Source: Azolla caroliniana (Eukaryota; Plantae; Polypodiophyta). From it: a stretch of DNA of 64,000 nucleotides. The translations under genes were made by a program, and so were the position numbers. The DNA lies in assembly GCA_043228905.1 (NCBI GenBank), contig JBHGNT010000007.1, positions 20,026,001-20,090,000 on the forward strand. The letters run 5' to 3'. Under the pieces are notes generated by a model that worked only from the letters and a program-made list of their open reading frames with translations, was not told where the DNA came from and ran no database searches. This document shows, one piece after another, positions 14,501 to 24,522 of this stretch (the first letter of the stretch is position 1; each line of letters begins with the position of its first letter).

Positions 14501-14773
14501 GAATTTGTATTAATTTCTGATAAGTCAGTGGTATTTTCTGATAGCATTCATTATTTCATGAAACTCGAACCCAATCAACAATCAATAACAAAACCCATTA
14601 AATTCCAATAAATTTGTGGTATTTTCTGATCGCATTCCATTATTGTGAAGAGAAGAGTTCACCTCTTCCACTTTGGATAGATTGAGATGAAGCGTGGTAT
14701 TGACCCAAGAGAGTATTTCATTTCTTCCCACAAAATACGCCCCATCCATCATTCCAATGTTGGCTCCAGCCAT
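11505..14773 (-). CDS. EB1: Microtubule end-binding protein EB1 (RP/EB family), 8 coding exons
   Basis: Exons 14773-14663, 13650-13582, 13496-13410, 13289-13183, 13031-12832, 12247-12174, 11908-11795, 11696-11505. CH domain ([32 protein letters not shown]) and EBH domain ([23 protein letters not shown]). All phases are consistent. Confidence 0.95.
14375..14645. repeat. Tandem duplication of about 110 bp x 2.5 in EB1 intron 1
   Basis: aaaataaacttctagaatttgtatt...tattttctgatagcatt...cccaatcaaca recurs. Confidence 0.75.
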
Positions 14774-15342
14774 TACTCCTCCACCTTTCTTCTTCTTCTT
14801 CTTCTTTTATGTTCTATTTTCTTGAATTGTTTCCTTTTCCTTCTTCTTTTTTTCTTCTTCTTAGAGATCTGGATTAGCAGAATCGATCCAAAAGCATGCA
14901 CCCATTACGACAAGGTCTGCAGATAAATCAAATCAAGCAATATACACATGTCTTATAACTAGGGTTTGCTTAGATGAGAAAGGAATAGGAAAAGAGAAGA
15001 GAAAAGGAATGATTTTGTGAGCATTTAACCTGATATTGAAGGGGTGGGTAGATTGAGAGACAGAGATAGTTATAATGGTGCTTCAGATCAGGAGGAAGCA
15101 CTACCTTGATTCCAAGTATACATGAAGAATGCCTTCCTCTGTAACTTCTTCTTCTTCTTCTTCTTCTTCTTGTAACTTCTTTTTTTGTGTACACACAATT
15201 ATGTATATTAATTTTATGTTTTGCCACTCACTCTACTCTGTTTCTTTTTTGTTTGTTTTCTTTTATGAAGTGAGAGGGAGAGATACCATGTCTTCTTCTC
15301 CCCCAACCAACCAACCAGAGAGAGGCTAGGCTATGGCCAACT

Positions 15343-15380
15343 CCTTTATAGGGTAATGGAAATACATATGAGGACCAATC
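15343..15380 (-). promoter_or_regulatory. Putative EB1 core promoter (TATA box plus CCAAT)
   Basis: TATAAAGG on the minus strand at 15350-15343 and CCAAT near 15374, followed downstream by a GA/GAA-rich 5'UTR-like tract. Confidence 0.4.
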
Positions 15381-16128
15381 AATGGTGCCCTACCTGCCTC
15401 TCGGACCGTTTCTTGCCAGAACCAAAGTCCGAGAGTCACACACACCACGGAGACATTGTCTTCGGCACGCGCTACAACCACACAGGCTTTTTGTCGGCCA
15501 TCTGCCAGAACCCGAGAGACACATACACACACACACGAACCATGCAGACATTGTCATAGGATGACACACGGTACAATGACACTGGCTCGTCTGCCCATCT
15601 CCTGCTACTGCTTGTCCAATGGATACATATGTAGGCTCTCGAATGACCGTGATAGTGTAGAAATGGAGGGGGGATGTTACGATACCATAGATCAGGGCAA
15701 TAGCTGCGTTTTTCGTGCACATAAACCCTTGGCCCTGTGGGCCATGAGTTCTCGCCACCTTTGTCCACCAGCTAGCTAACAAAGGCCCTCCCCACCCCAT
15801 TGCAAATGCTCCCCTTGCTTTGGAGGTCTCTCCATCCTAGCTCGCGATTCTTGCCACCTTTTGTCCATCAATCGGTTGCTTCCCTTTACTTCGGAGATCT
15901 CCCCATTCTGGATCAACCCCACCATCTTAGAGTTATTTCGAAGATGAAAATTACCATCTGTTGGATCTCGAGATACCAGGGTTCTTTTGTCACATTTGTT
16001 TTTTACTTGATCTTTATTTAGTCACACCTGTTTTGGTTTGTTGTTCTTGAAGATGAGACAACATTTCGAGATGTTGTCTCTTGTTTTGTCTGACATGACG
16101 TTTTAGCCTCTTAAATACATCACTCTTT

Positions 16129-16214
16129 GATAAATTTGGAATGATATCAAGAAGATTAGCATGGCCCCTACGAAAGGATGGCATGCAAAAATCGAGAAAA
16201 TGGTTCAATTTTTT
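16129..16214 (+). pseudogene. U6: U6 snRNA pseudogene
   Basis: gataaatttggaatgatatcaagaagattagcatggcccctacgaaaggatggcatgcaaaaatcgagaaaatggttcaatttttt aligns to plant U6. The ACAGAGA box is mutated and the 5' stem-loop is not recognisable. Confidence 0.9.
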
Positions 16215-16364
16215 ACCTTTCTTAAGTCGGAGACACACGTCAATACCTCTCTATGGACACTGATATATATACAGGGTAATGTATAATAGCAATGTATTAA
16301 TTACAGAAGTTGAATTACAATCAATGGAATATGATATCTACGGATTCACCACGAAATCAATCAC

Positions 16365-16396
<32 letters not shown>

Positions 16397-19084
16397 ATGA
16401 ATCTAAATCCCACCCTAATGTCCTCGATGTCCACAAAATCTCCCTTTGTAATAAATTAAGAACTCTCCTATGGAGAATGCAATTGTACACCATCTTCTAG
16501 GAAGCCACCAAAGGACCAACTATCATTGACCCAAAACATGTCATTTGTTGATCACTATTCACTACATTTTGCCACTGTGACTTGGCTATTATCTTTGTTT
16601 TTCCAAATTCCATCCCAACCTTCTCAATAAAATCAATTACCACTCATGTCCATGGGTGGTCTCCCTCAAATATACCTCGAAGGAATGAGACTCTTCGCAC
16701 CACCACATGTTCATATATATTGAAAATTCTTGTCCCACCAAGTCTTATTGTAGCAGAAACATGCATCCGTACCTCCCAAGCACAACTCACATTCTCCTTC
16801 ACCAAAACAAAAAAAAATCCATTGAAGTTACCAACAAATCAATAGTCTTCACAGACCATTGTAATAGTGGCACATGAGTTTGTTCTTGATCTTTTATGCT
16901 ATCCATTGAACGAGGTTTGTATTGGAAATTTCCATACCAATTGAATATCCTCAATACTGAAAATTTGCATCTTCAGGACCCTCACCCTACCCAACCTAGC
17001 CCATACAAATTCAACTTTGTATATGATATGCAATCTAATTTATGCTTATTGATCCTGAAACTAGGGGACACAACAAATAGTTCCCAAACTTTTATTGCTT
17101 TCTTCTTATTACTTCTCTCGTAAACCCAACACATTTATTTATATGTCGTCATTCATTTGATTAATTCATAATATTCTAAACTAACACAACTTAAAAACAA
17201 ATTGATAAAATTTAGGTAAAGCCAACAAAAACTTATGATATTTGCTCATATAATATGAGAGTTATATTTCTTGATTGGATATGAGAGGTTTCTCTCCGCC
17301 CACCTTTTTTTCTTTAATCTTTTCACTTGTTACAATTATACATTTGTTTATGTCGACTTCTAAATTGAAATAGAAGCCATTTGTTGGTTTTGCAAATCCA
17401 GATTATGTGAATTGTGGAAGGAGCTTTGTGCCAACATATGGGCATTGGTTTGAGGGGTGCTCAAGTATAAGAGGGCCATTAGGTTTGATCTTCGTCCTCC
17501 ACTTGAACTCATGATTGGAATACCTTCTTTACGAACCAACATTAATTGTGTTCCCATAGATCATATATAGTAATAATGAGCACCATGTATTCTTACAAAT
17601 TATGATATATTGAATTGTAATTGTCTTAGAAATTCATGCAAGTTGTAATAATAGAATAAGTAGGGTCAAGGATGCTTGATGGACATATATACCTTCACGT
17701 CTTGGGGGAAGTTTATGAATTGCTTGTTAATGCACTTTTTTAGTGTGCCAACCCCCTTTTTCATTAGATTTTTGTAATTGACGAATCCATCAATAATATA
17801 ATAGGACAGACAGGACATAGAATTGCTTTGGTATAGCCAACTCATGCATGTCTAGATATGACCTTAATTAATAACGTAATGAAATCGCGAGGGTTCACCA
17901 ATAATCATTGAATATACCATGAATGATGGATGTTAGATATATGGTACATCTTTAGTGGATGATGTATGCGTGCACTTCTTTAGTGTAAATGGGCTGGTTT
18001 TTATTGTAAATACAGGGCCATAATTGTTTGGTCAAAGAAATCATCGTTAGCTTGTATATTGGTATAACTTGTCATATTTTAACATACAAAGGTCAATATG
18101 GATATCTAAAACCATCACATCACTAGGGTCACTTTCTAAATAGTAGATTCCTGTTCATATATAACTTTAAATTTGCTAGTTTGCAATATAATGACATGGT
18201 TTGGATATGTATATAATATGTCCACATGTTGGAGGCGCTTTACGGATGGGGACATCCCTAAATTAAACTTGTTGTAAAAAGGATGTTGAAAGCTATGTTG
18301 TTGCATATATAGCTTTCATTGTTGTTGATATGTAAAACATAAAGCACAGTGTCTTTAAAAAGTTAGTCGAGCAAGAAGAGTTTGCAAAAAGAGGCAATAC
18401 TTTCTTTTATTGAAATATAGGCTTTTGGTAGCATTCTTAAAACAAACAAACAAACAAACAAAGGTGGCACAATGTTGTACAAGTAATTATCCAAATGGGT
18501 TCTAGTAGGATGAAATTGTACAAGCATGTCAATATACATCCCCACAATAATGGATTTGTTAGGTTTGATGATCGGACCTCAATGTGACAACCCTTGTGGT
18601 CTTCTAGTTAAGGGTGTTAATAGAACTATAAAAGTTCTGCTCCGCCACAAGGTAATCAATTGATATAATTGTATACATTCACAAAAACGCGTGCGAGCAC
18701 TCTATGCACACATACTTTTTATCATCAAATACACACATCGACCCCATACATATGCATAAATATATACGTACTAAATTATTTACATATGTCTGTGGCTTGT
18801 AATTGTAATTGATGTTCATGTTAAAGTTTTGTGCTTCTTGCATCAACAGATGTTGGAACATTTACACCACAACATTGAAACCAAAGAGGAATAGCTAGAA
18901 AATTTAGTTGTCAATAAATTTGGAGGATACGACGAATTTGGTTTCTCACCATTAGTATGGAAGTTCGCAAGACAAAGCAAGAGACATAGAAAATAACACG
19001 TGTCTAAAAAACACATATATCTTTTAATAGCGATGGTGTTATAGACAGAAGTAAAATGGAACTACAATAACTTACTAGTAGGAG

Positions 19085-19542
19085 CAAGGACGCAATTGGC
19101 AAGCGCAGAAGAGCGAATATCATTAACTAGTGTTATTTTCAAGGTGAACTCAAATATTGATACTAAGCGGCATGCATACCGGTTGCACGCATGTGATACA
19201 ATAGAGCATGTATGTATGAGGCGTTGGGGCACAAGTGATGAGAGTGGCCGATTATGCACACTTTGCCCTAAACAAGTTCGAGAGTCCGAGTATCACACTT
19301 TGATACAATGCTCTGCCTTTGATCATATTCGACCATGCTTTCCACATCTCTTCGATTGAGCCCAAACCTTGCACGAATTCCTCTCACAACCACAATGTGC
19401 ACTCTCGATTGCAACATTCATTGGTAAAGTTCTTGAACATCGAGAGTCGCTACTCACTTTCACACGTATTCACGTGAAATGTAATATTTTTGGTCTCATA
19501 GGTCATATATTGGCCTTTGAAGATGATAATATAATCTCTCTC
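19085..19542 (+). mobile_element. 3' end of an RTE/RTEX-like non-LTR retrotransposon
   Basis: RRWGTSDESGRLCTLCPKQVRESEYHTLIQCSAFDHIR is a C-terminal CCHC-type motif; there is an in-frame stop; a short 3'UTR ends in a TC microsatellite. Confidence 0.7.
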
Positions 19543-19654
19543 AACTTGGTGATTTAGATCATAACATAAAAAGTCATGAGAATGCAAGTTCAATCCTTAC
19601 CATGGGTGAGGCCCCATCTCATAGATTGCAATCGGTCTCCTGTGGACATTAAAA

Positions 19655-19703
<49 letters not shown>
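19543..19703 (+). mobile_element. Putative tRNA-derived SINE with LINE-like tail and (CT)n end
   Basis: B-box-like AAGTTCAATCC. The head aligns with 57730-57790 (atcatagcatcaaaagccat...aagttcgatcctcaccatggg). Confidence 0.5.
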
Positions 19704-19705
<2 letters not shown>

Positions 19706-19761
19706 CCCTATTTTGTTGTGCACTGATTGTCTCATGGGCCAAATTTTGGCCTTAGAAGACG

Positions 19762-19824
<63 letters not shown>
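19657..19824. repeat. (CT)n and (AT)n microsatellites separated by a 60-bp LINE-tail-like segment
   Basis: Seen directly. Segment 19706-19765 matches the reverse complement of 39285-39345. Confidence 0.9.
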
Positions 19825-19827
<3 letters not shown>

Positions 19828-19972
19828 CTCATGGGTTGGGGAATTGACAATATTCACTGGCATCCAGTAAATTAAAAGGATATGTATGGAGTAGTAGAGT
19901 GATGCAATAATTAGGTTTCGAACTCAAGGCCTAGGGTTACTAGTGTAACAACTTACCACTAGGGTAAGCTAA
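19825..19972 (-). mobile_element. Putative tRNA-derived SINE (antisense), ending in the (AT)n tract
   Basis: The minus strand reads agctTACCCTAGTGGtaagttgttacactagtaaccctaggccttgAGTTCGAAACCt, with A-box-like and B-box-like motifs at tRNA-like spacing. Confidence 0.55.
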
Positions 19973-20552
19973 TTAGAGGGGCATTTGCGGGAGAATGAAC
20001 TAAACCCTTATTCTTCTTCCACGAAATGCATTAGAACTAGTGTAACAACTTACCACTAGGGTAAGCTAATTAGAGGGGCATTTGGGGGAGAATTAACTAA
20101 ACCCTTCATCTTCTTCTTCTTCTTCCATCATGAAATGAATTAGAACTAGTGTAACAACTTACCACTAGGGTAAGCTAATTAGAGGGGCATTTGGGGGAGA
20201 ATTAACTAAACCCTTCATCTTCTTCTTCTTCTTCCATCATGAAATGAATTAGAACTAGTGTAACAACTTACCACTAGGGTAAGCTAATTAGAGGGGCATT
20301 TGGAGAATTAACTAAACCCTTCTTCTTCTTCCATCATGAAATGAATTAGAACTAGTGTAACAACTTATCACTAGGGTAAGCTAATTAGAGGGGCATTTGG
20401 AGAATTAACTAAACCCTTCTTCTTCTTCCATCATGAAATGAATTAGAACTAGTGTAACAACTTATCACTAGGGTAAGCTATAATTAGAGGGGCATTTGGA
20501 GAATTAACTAAACCCTTCTTCTTCTTCTTCCATCATGAAATGAATGAACTAC
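19939..20552. repeat. Six-copy tandem array (97-109 bp units) upstream of the peroxiredoxin
   Basis: Units start at 19939, 20036, 20145, 20254, 20351 and 20448. They are nearly identical, differing mainly in the (CTT)n and G-run lengths. Confidence 0.95.
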
Positions 20553-20628
20553 TCCTAGGTTTCCAAAACAGGAAACCCTAATTCTGACAGACAGACAGAA
20601 CAGACAGACAGACAGACAGACAGAGATT

Positions 20629-20651
20629 CAGTGGTATCAACGCAGAGTACT
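20629..20651 (+). other. Synthetic SMART / PacBio ultra-low-input adapter sequence (assembly artefact)
   Basis: CAGTGGTATCAACGCAGAGTACT is an exact 23-nt match to the 3' part of AAGCAGTGGTATCAACGCAGAGTAC(T). Confidence 0.93.
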
Positions 20652-21692
20652 GATGTCATACCTGATTTCATGGCGGAGTCGACTCAGGGACCCATCGCTC
20701 TCCATGACTACATGGAGGGGCGATGGACCATCCTCTTCTCCCACCCCAACGATTTCACCCCCGTCTGCACCACGGAGCTGGCTTCTGTGGCCACACTCAT
20801 GCCACAGTTCGCAGAGCGTGGGGTCAAGGTCTTGGCCCTCAGCTGCAACACGCTCCCCTCTCACCTGGAATGGATCCGGGACATCGAAAGCGTCGCCATG
20901 GCGCAGGCGGCGGCGAGGCGGCGAGGTTCTGGTGTGATGGCGGAGAAGGAGGCGGATGATTCCACGGGATCATCTAGGTCATCTCCGTTGTTGCATAATT
21001 CAGGGTTTTCGGCTATGGCGGAGAAGCAGCATGGATCAGATGCATCTGTATCGCAGCCTGAGGCATCTCCATTGTTGAATACTTCAGGGTTTCCGGCCAT
21101 GGAGGAGAAGCAGCATGGATCGGAGACATCTGGATCACCCCCAGGGGCATCTCCATTGATGAATAATTCAGGGTTTCCAGCCATGGAGAAAAAGCAGCAT
21201 GGATCGGAGGCATCTGGATCGGCATCAGCATCCGGATCGCCCTCGAAGAGGAGATTGGAGCCCATCCTTGCGGCTGGATTGCCGCATCCAAACCCTCCCA
21301 CGGTCTCATACCCCATCCTATGTGACCCCGACCGATCCATCGCAGTCCGCCTTGGCATCCTCGACCCGTCCGAATTGGACCCCAGCGGCTCCTCCCTGGC
21401 TGCCCGTGCCGTTCTAATCCTTGGCCCCGACAAAAGGCTCCGCGCATCCGTCCTTTACCCTGCCTCCACCGGCCGCAATTTCTCCGAGATCCTCCGTGTT
21501 CTCGACTCCCTCCAGCTCACCGACAGCTATGGCGTGGCCACCCCTGTGGATTGGAAGCATGGCGACCCGTGCATGGTTCTGCCCGGGTTATCTGATGATG
21601 TGGCCCGGGAGAGGTTCCCCAAGGGCTTCGAGACCATCCCCGTGCCATCCGGTCGGGGGTACCTCCGGGTAACGCCACAGCCCAACCTTTGA
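20631..21692 (+). CDS. 1-Cys peroxiredoxin (Prx6 family) with an internal repeat-containing insertion of about 130 aa; true start codon obscured by adapter
   Basis: WTILFSHPNDFTPVCTTEL active site; YPILCDPDR, LYPASTGRNFSEILRVLDSLQLT, ATPVDWKHG and YLRVTPQP. The ORF is intronless and GC-rich. Confidence 0.93.
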   Translation: MVSTQSTDVIPDFMAESTQGPIALHDYMEGRWTILFSHPNDFTPVCTTELASVATLMPQFAERGVKVLALSCNTLPSHLEWIRDIESVAMAQAAARRRGSGVMAEKEADDSTGSSRSSPLLHNSGFSAMAEKQHGSDASVSQPEASPLLNTSGFPAMEEKQHGSETSGSPPGASPLMNNSGFPAMEKKQHGSEASGSASASGSPSKRRLEPILAAGLPHPNPPTVSYPILCDPDRSIAVRLGILDPSELDPSGSSLAARAVLILGPDKRLRASVLYPASTGRNFSEILRVLDSLQLTDSYGVATPVDWKHGDPCMVLPGLSDDVARERFPKGFETIPVPSGRGYLRVTPQPNL

Positions 21693-21766
21693 AATGTCCG
21701 GGTAATGCCACAGCCCGACCTTTGAAATGTCCGGGTAATGCCGCAGCCCGACCTTTGAAATCTCCG
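21665..21766 (+). repeat. 33-bp x 3 tandem repeat spanning the peroxiredoxin stop codon
   Basis: ccgggtaa(c/t)gcc(a/g)cagccc(a/g)acctttgaaat(g/c)t at 21665, 21698 and 21731. Confidence 0.93.
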
Positions 21767-22345
21767 ATGATAATAGTTTTTACTATACTTGGAATATGGT
21801 GTTTTTTTGTCTTTGCGAAACTGGTGTTCCAATTGATGGAGATGTCCACCACACCCCAGTCCTGGTATAGGCCTAACACCGACCAATTCTATAACACTTC
21901 CATTGGCTTGTAAATGTCTCATTATTACTCAATTTGGGATGTATATGTTTCACACAAGAGGGTTGAAATCATTATGTGAGTGTGATTAGATTGCATATTT
22001 GTTGTCTAATATGCTCCAAGTAAGTAGTTTCTTGCTCAATTTCGAAACGATGTGTATGGGTTCATGTTTAAGTCATGTTCAGATTGTAATTCACAGCACT
22101 AGTTTTGGGTTTTCTATGACAACAAATCTTCCCTCTTTTTTCTAGTGATTTTGAATTGGGTTCAAATTTTTGTCGGGCATGAATCCACGACGTGGGCTGA
22201 AAATCACAACTCTGAGCTGACTTTTGTTTTCACTCTCTTGAGTCTCGTATGTAACCAAGAGGCATTAACAACTAAATGATAACGAGTTGTTTTATGCTTT
22301 AAATCCCTTTCATTGTATGTTATTGGAGAAATATTCAAGAAACAA

Positions 22346-22437
22346 TTAACAATCGGCATTGGGCAATGGTTCGGTTCAAGATTGCCCAAACCGAACTGTT
22401 TAAAAATTTCGAAACCTGAACCGAACTGAACCACGAA
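22346..22437. mobile_element. Terminal fragment of the AACCG-rich MITE family
   Basis: taacaatcggca...ggttcggttc...aaaccgaac resembles the inverted right end of the 24.1-kb and 48-49.8-kb elements. Confidence 0.55.
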
Positions 22438-23484
22438 TACGAGATGAAATTCATTACAGGCACAATCCCACAACCTTTGTTCTCTTTCTATACTCCTATA
22501 TTACAATGCTTTGTTGCTTCATCTTTGTCCATTCCACTTGAAAAATTTCGGAACTTTGTAGCTTTGGTCATCAAGGCACACAATGTGTTATTAACCTTCC
22601 TTCCCTTAGGATTCTCTACTTCGTTCATCATTTATTGACTTCTATTTCACCTGCATAAAATTCATCCTATTTCATTTGGCCTTGCAATCTAGTTAGTTGG
22701 TTGTCTATCCTTTGTATTATACGGGTTTAATATCCTTGCTTTTTTACTAACATTATCCTAAGGTCCACAATCCTATAAGATTCACCTAAGGATTGGATTG
22801 TATCGACCTTAAACACAAATATATAGTGTGATTCACTTCCAATCTTGGCATCTACACTCTCATAATGTACATAAACCTACATACCAAACGCTATATAGAC
22901 CATTATAGTGATAGTCAGACTCTCGAATCTAACTCATTGTTATAGTATGGATATATGGACACCTCAACTTTTCACAAAAACCTTCCCAAATATCAAAACT
23001 TTGTTTTGAAACTTTAACTTGTGTCAAATAAGTGTGTCATTGTGCTATTCTTGAATTTAACTATAGTCGCATTTGCAGATCATCAACTTTAAAGTTGTAT
23101 TGAAAACCACATGTTTTCCATTTTGAGACATGTTACATATTAATAATTTTGCAAATTCTAATAAGGTAGTTGAACATGTGATACTGATGTATCAAGTTTT
23201 TGTAGATAGCGTAAATTTGCACAATTATAAAAGGAATCTACAAGTGGACTGTGCGATCCTTCCACTTGTGAACGCGGACGTGTTGATAACATACTTGTTC
23301 ACTCGAGTTCCTATAAAATAGCTTATTCTAAAACTTTGTACTTTGTATTTGGTATACAAGGCTTACAAATATTACTTGAAATGATATTTGAGTTTGTTTT
23401 TTATCGTGGAGCAATTGCTTGAAAAGGACAACACAATGCCACAAGCCCAAGATTCACGCATTGAGTCATGAGTGTCTTTGAGAT

Positions 23485-23858
23485 GGCTTAGAAACCCCCC
23501 CACGACTCACGCCCCGAAGATGGAGAAAGAAAGTAGCCCACGACTCACAATTACTAGAGTCATGTGCACCGTATCTCTATATGTGGAGAAGGCCTTCACT
23601 TCAATCCTTCATGGTGGAGTGTTTGTGGTTCCTGTATTCTCCATCCACCGAGAAGGCTTAGAGAAGCCCGTGACTCACGCCTCGAGTCATGGGTGTCTTC
23701 TCTATCCGTCAACAAGGCTTAGAAACCCCCACGACTCACGACTCAAAGACGGAGAAAGAAAGCCCACAATTGACAATTATTAAAGTCATGTGCACCTTCT
23801 CTCTATCTGTCAAGAAGGCCTTCACTTCAATCCTTCATGGTGGAGTGTTTGTGGTTCC
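23485..23858. repeat. Direct duplication of about 145 bp (period about 232) with GACTCAC sub-repeats
   Basis: ggcttagaaaccccc...gaaggccttcacttcaatccttcatggtggagtgtttgtggttcc occurs twice. Confidence 0.85.
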
Positions 23859-24098
23859 GATCACAGAACCCCTTAACACATCGGATGTGTGTTACAACTT
23901 ACAGTTACAAGGTACAAAGGGGTAGGGGAAGAGAAATATATCTAAAACTTTGGACAATAAACATAAACAAAAGGAAATACCTGGAAACTTGGATAATGAA
24001 CATAACAGAAGGAAAAAGCTTTGGCCATGGATTCTTGGTTTCTTCCTACAAGAGGGGCAGCAGAAGAGGATATATCTAAAATTTTGGACAAACATAAA

Positions 24099-24522
24099 TA
24101 ACAATTGGCAACGGTTCGAACCGCGAAATTGTGGTTTAACGGCTTAACGGTTCGGTCGGTTTCAATAATCAAAAACCGCGGTTTAAACGGTTTTTTATTT
24201 TATTTTTTATTTTTAAAAAAATTGTAAAAAATGGTAAAAATTGTTTTTAAACAATCTTTTCATTTTTAGACCTTATTCTCACATTTTAAAAATTTTAAAT
24301 AATGAAATATTATAAATTTTAAAAAATAAAAAATAAAAAATTAGACCTATGTTGAAAACTGAAACCGAACCATGAAACTGCGGTTTTTACGGTTTAACGG
24401 TTTGGAAAATGTTTAACGGTTCGGTTTAACGGTTTCGAGGTACGGTTCGGTTCAGGTTTAAAAAAATTTAAACGGGTCGGTTTAGATCCTCTCAAACCGA
24501 ACCGAACCGTTGTCGATTGTTA
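24099..24522. mobile_element. hAT-like MITE (AACCG/CGGTT subterminal repeats, AT-rich core)
   Basis: TIRs TAACAATTGGCAACGGTTCG / CGAACCGTTGTCGATTGTTA; cataaa is repeated on both flanks (partial TSD). Confidence 0.8.

Noticed and set aside
16300-18400. Possible old retrotransposon or transposase remnants, also at 37600-38560, 39960-40320 and 51900-53300
   Set aside because: Only faint hints with no continuous diagnostic motif; cannot be supported without a search.
19914-19972. Functional tRNA gene
   Set aside because: A/B-box-like motifs are present, but there is no convincing acceptor stem or 7-nt anticodon loop; treated as a SINE head.
19939-20552. CRISPR-like array with palindromic repeat
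   Set aside because: Sequence between hairpins is conserved rather than unique spacers; no cas genes; eukaryotic context.
20631-21692. Horizontal transfer of the GC-rich, intronless peroxiredoxin
   Set aside because: Prx6 is native to plants; composition alone is insufficient and no phylogeny could be run.
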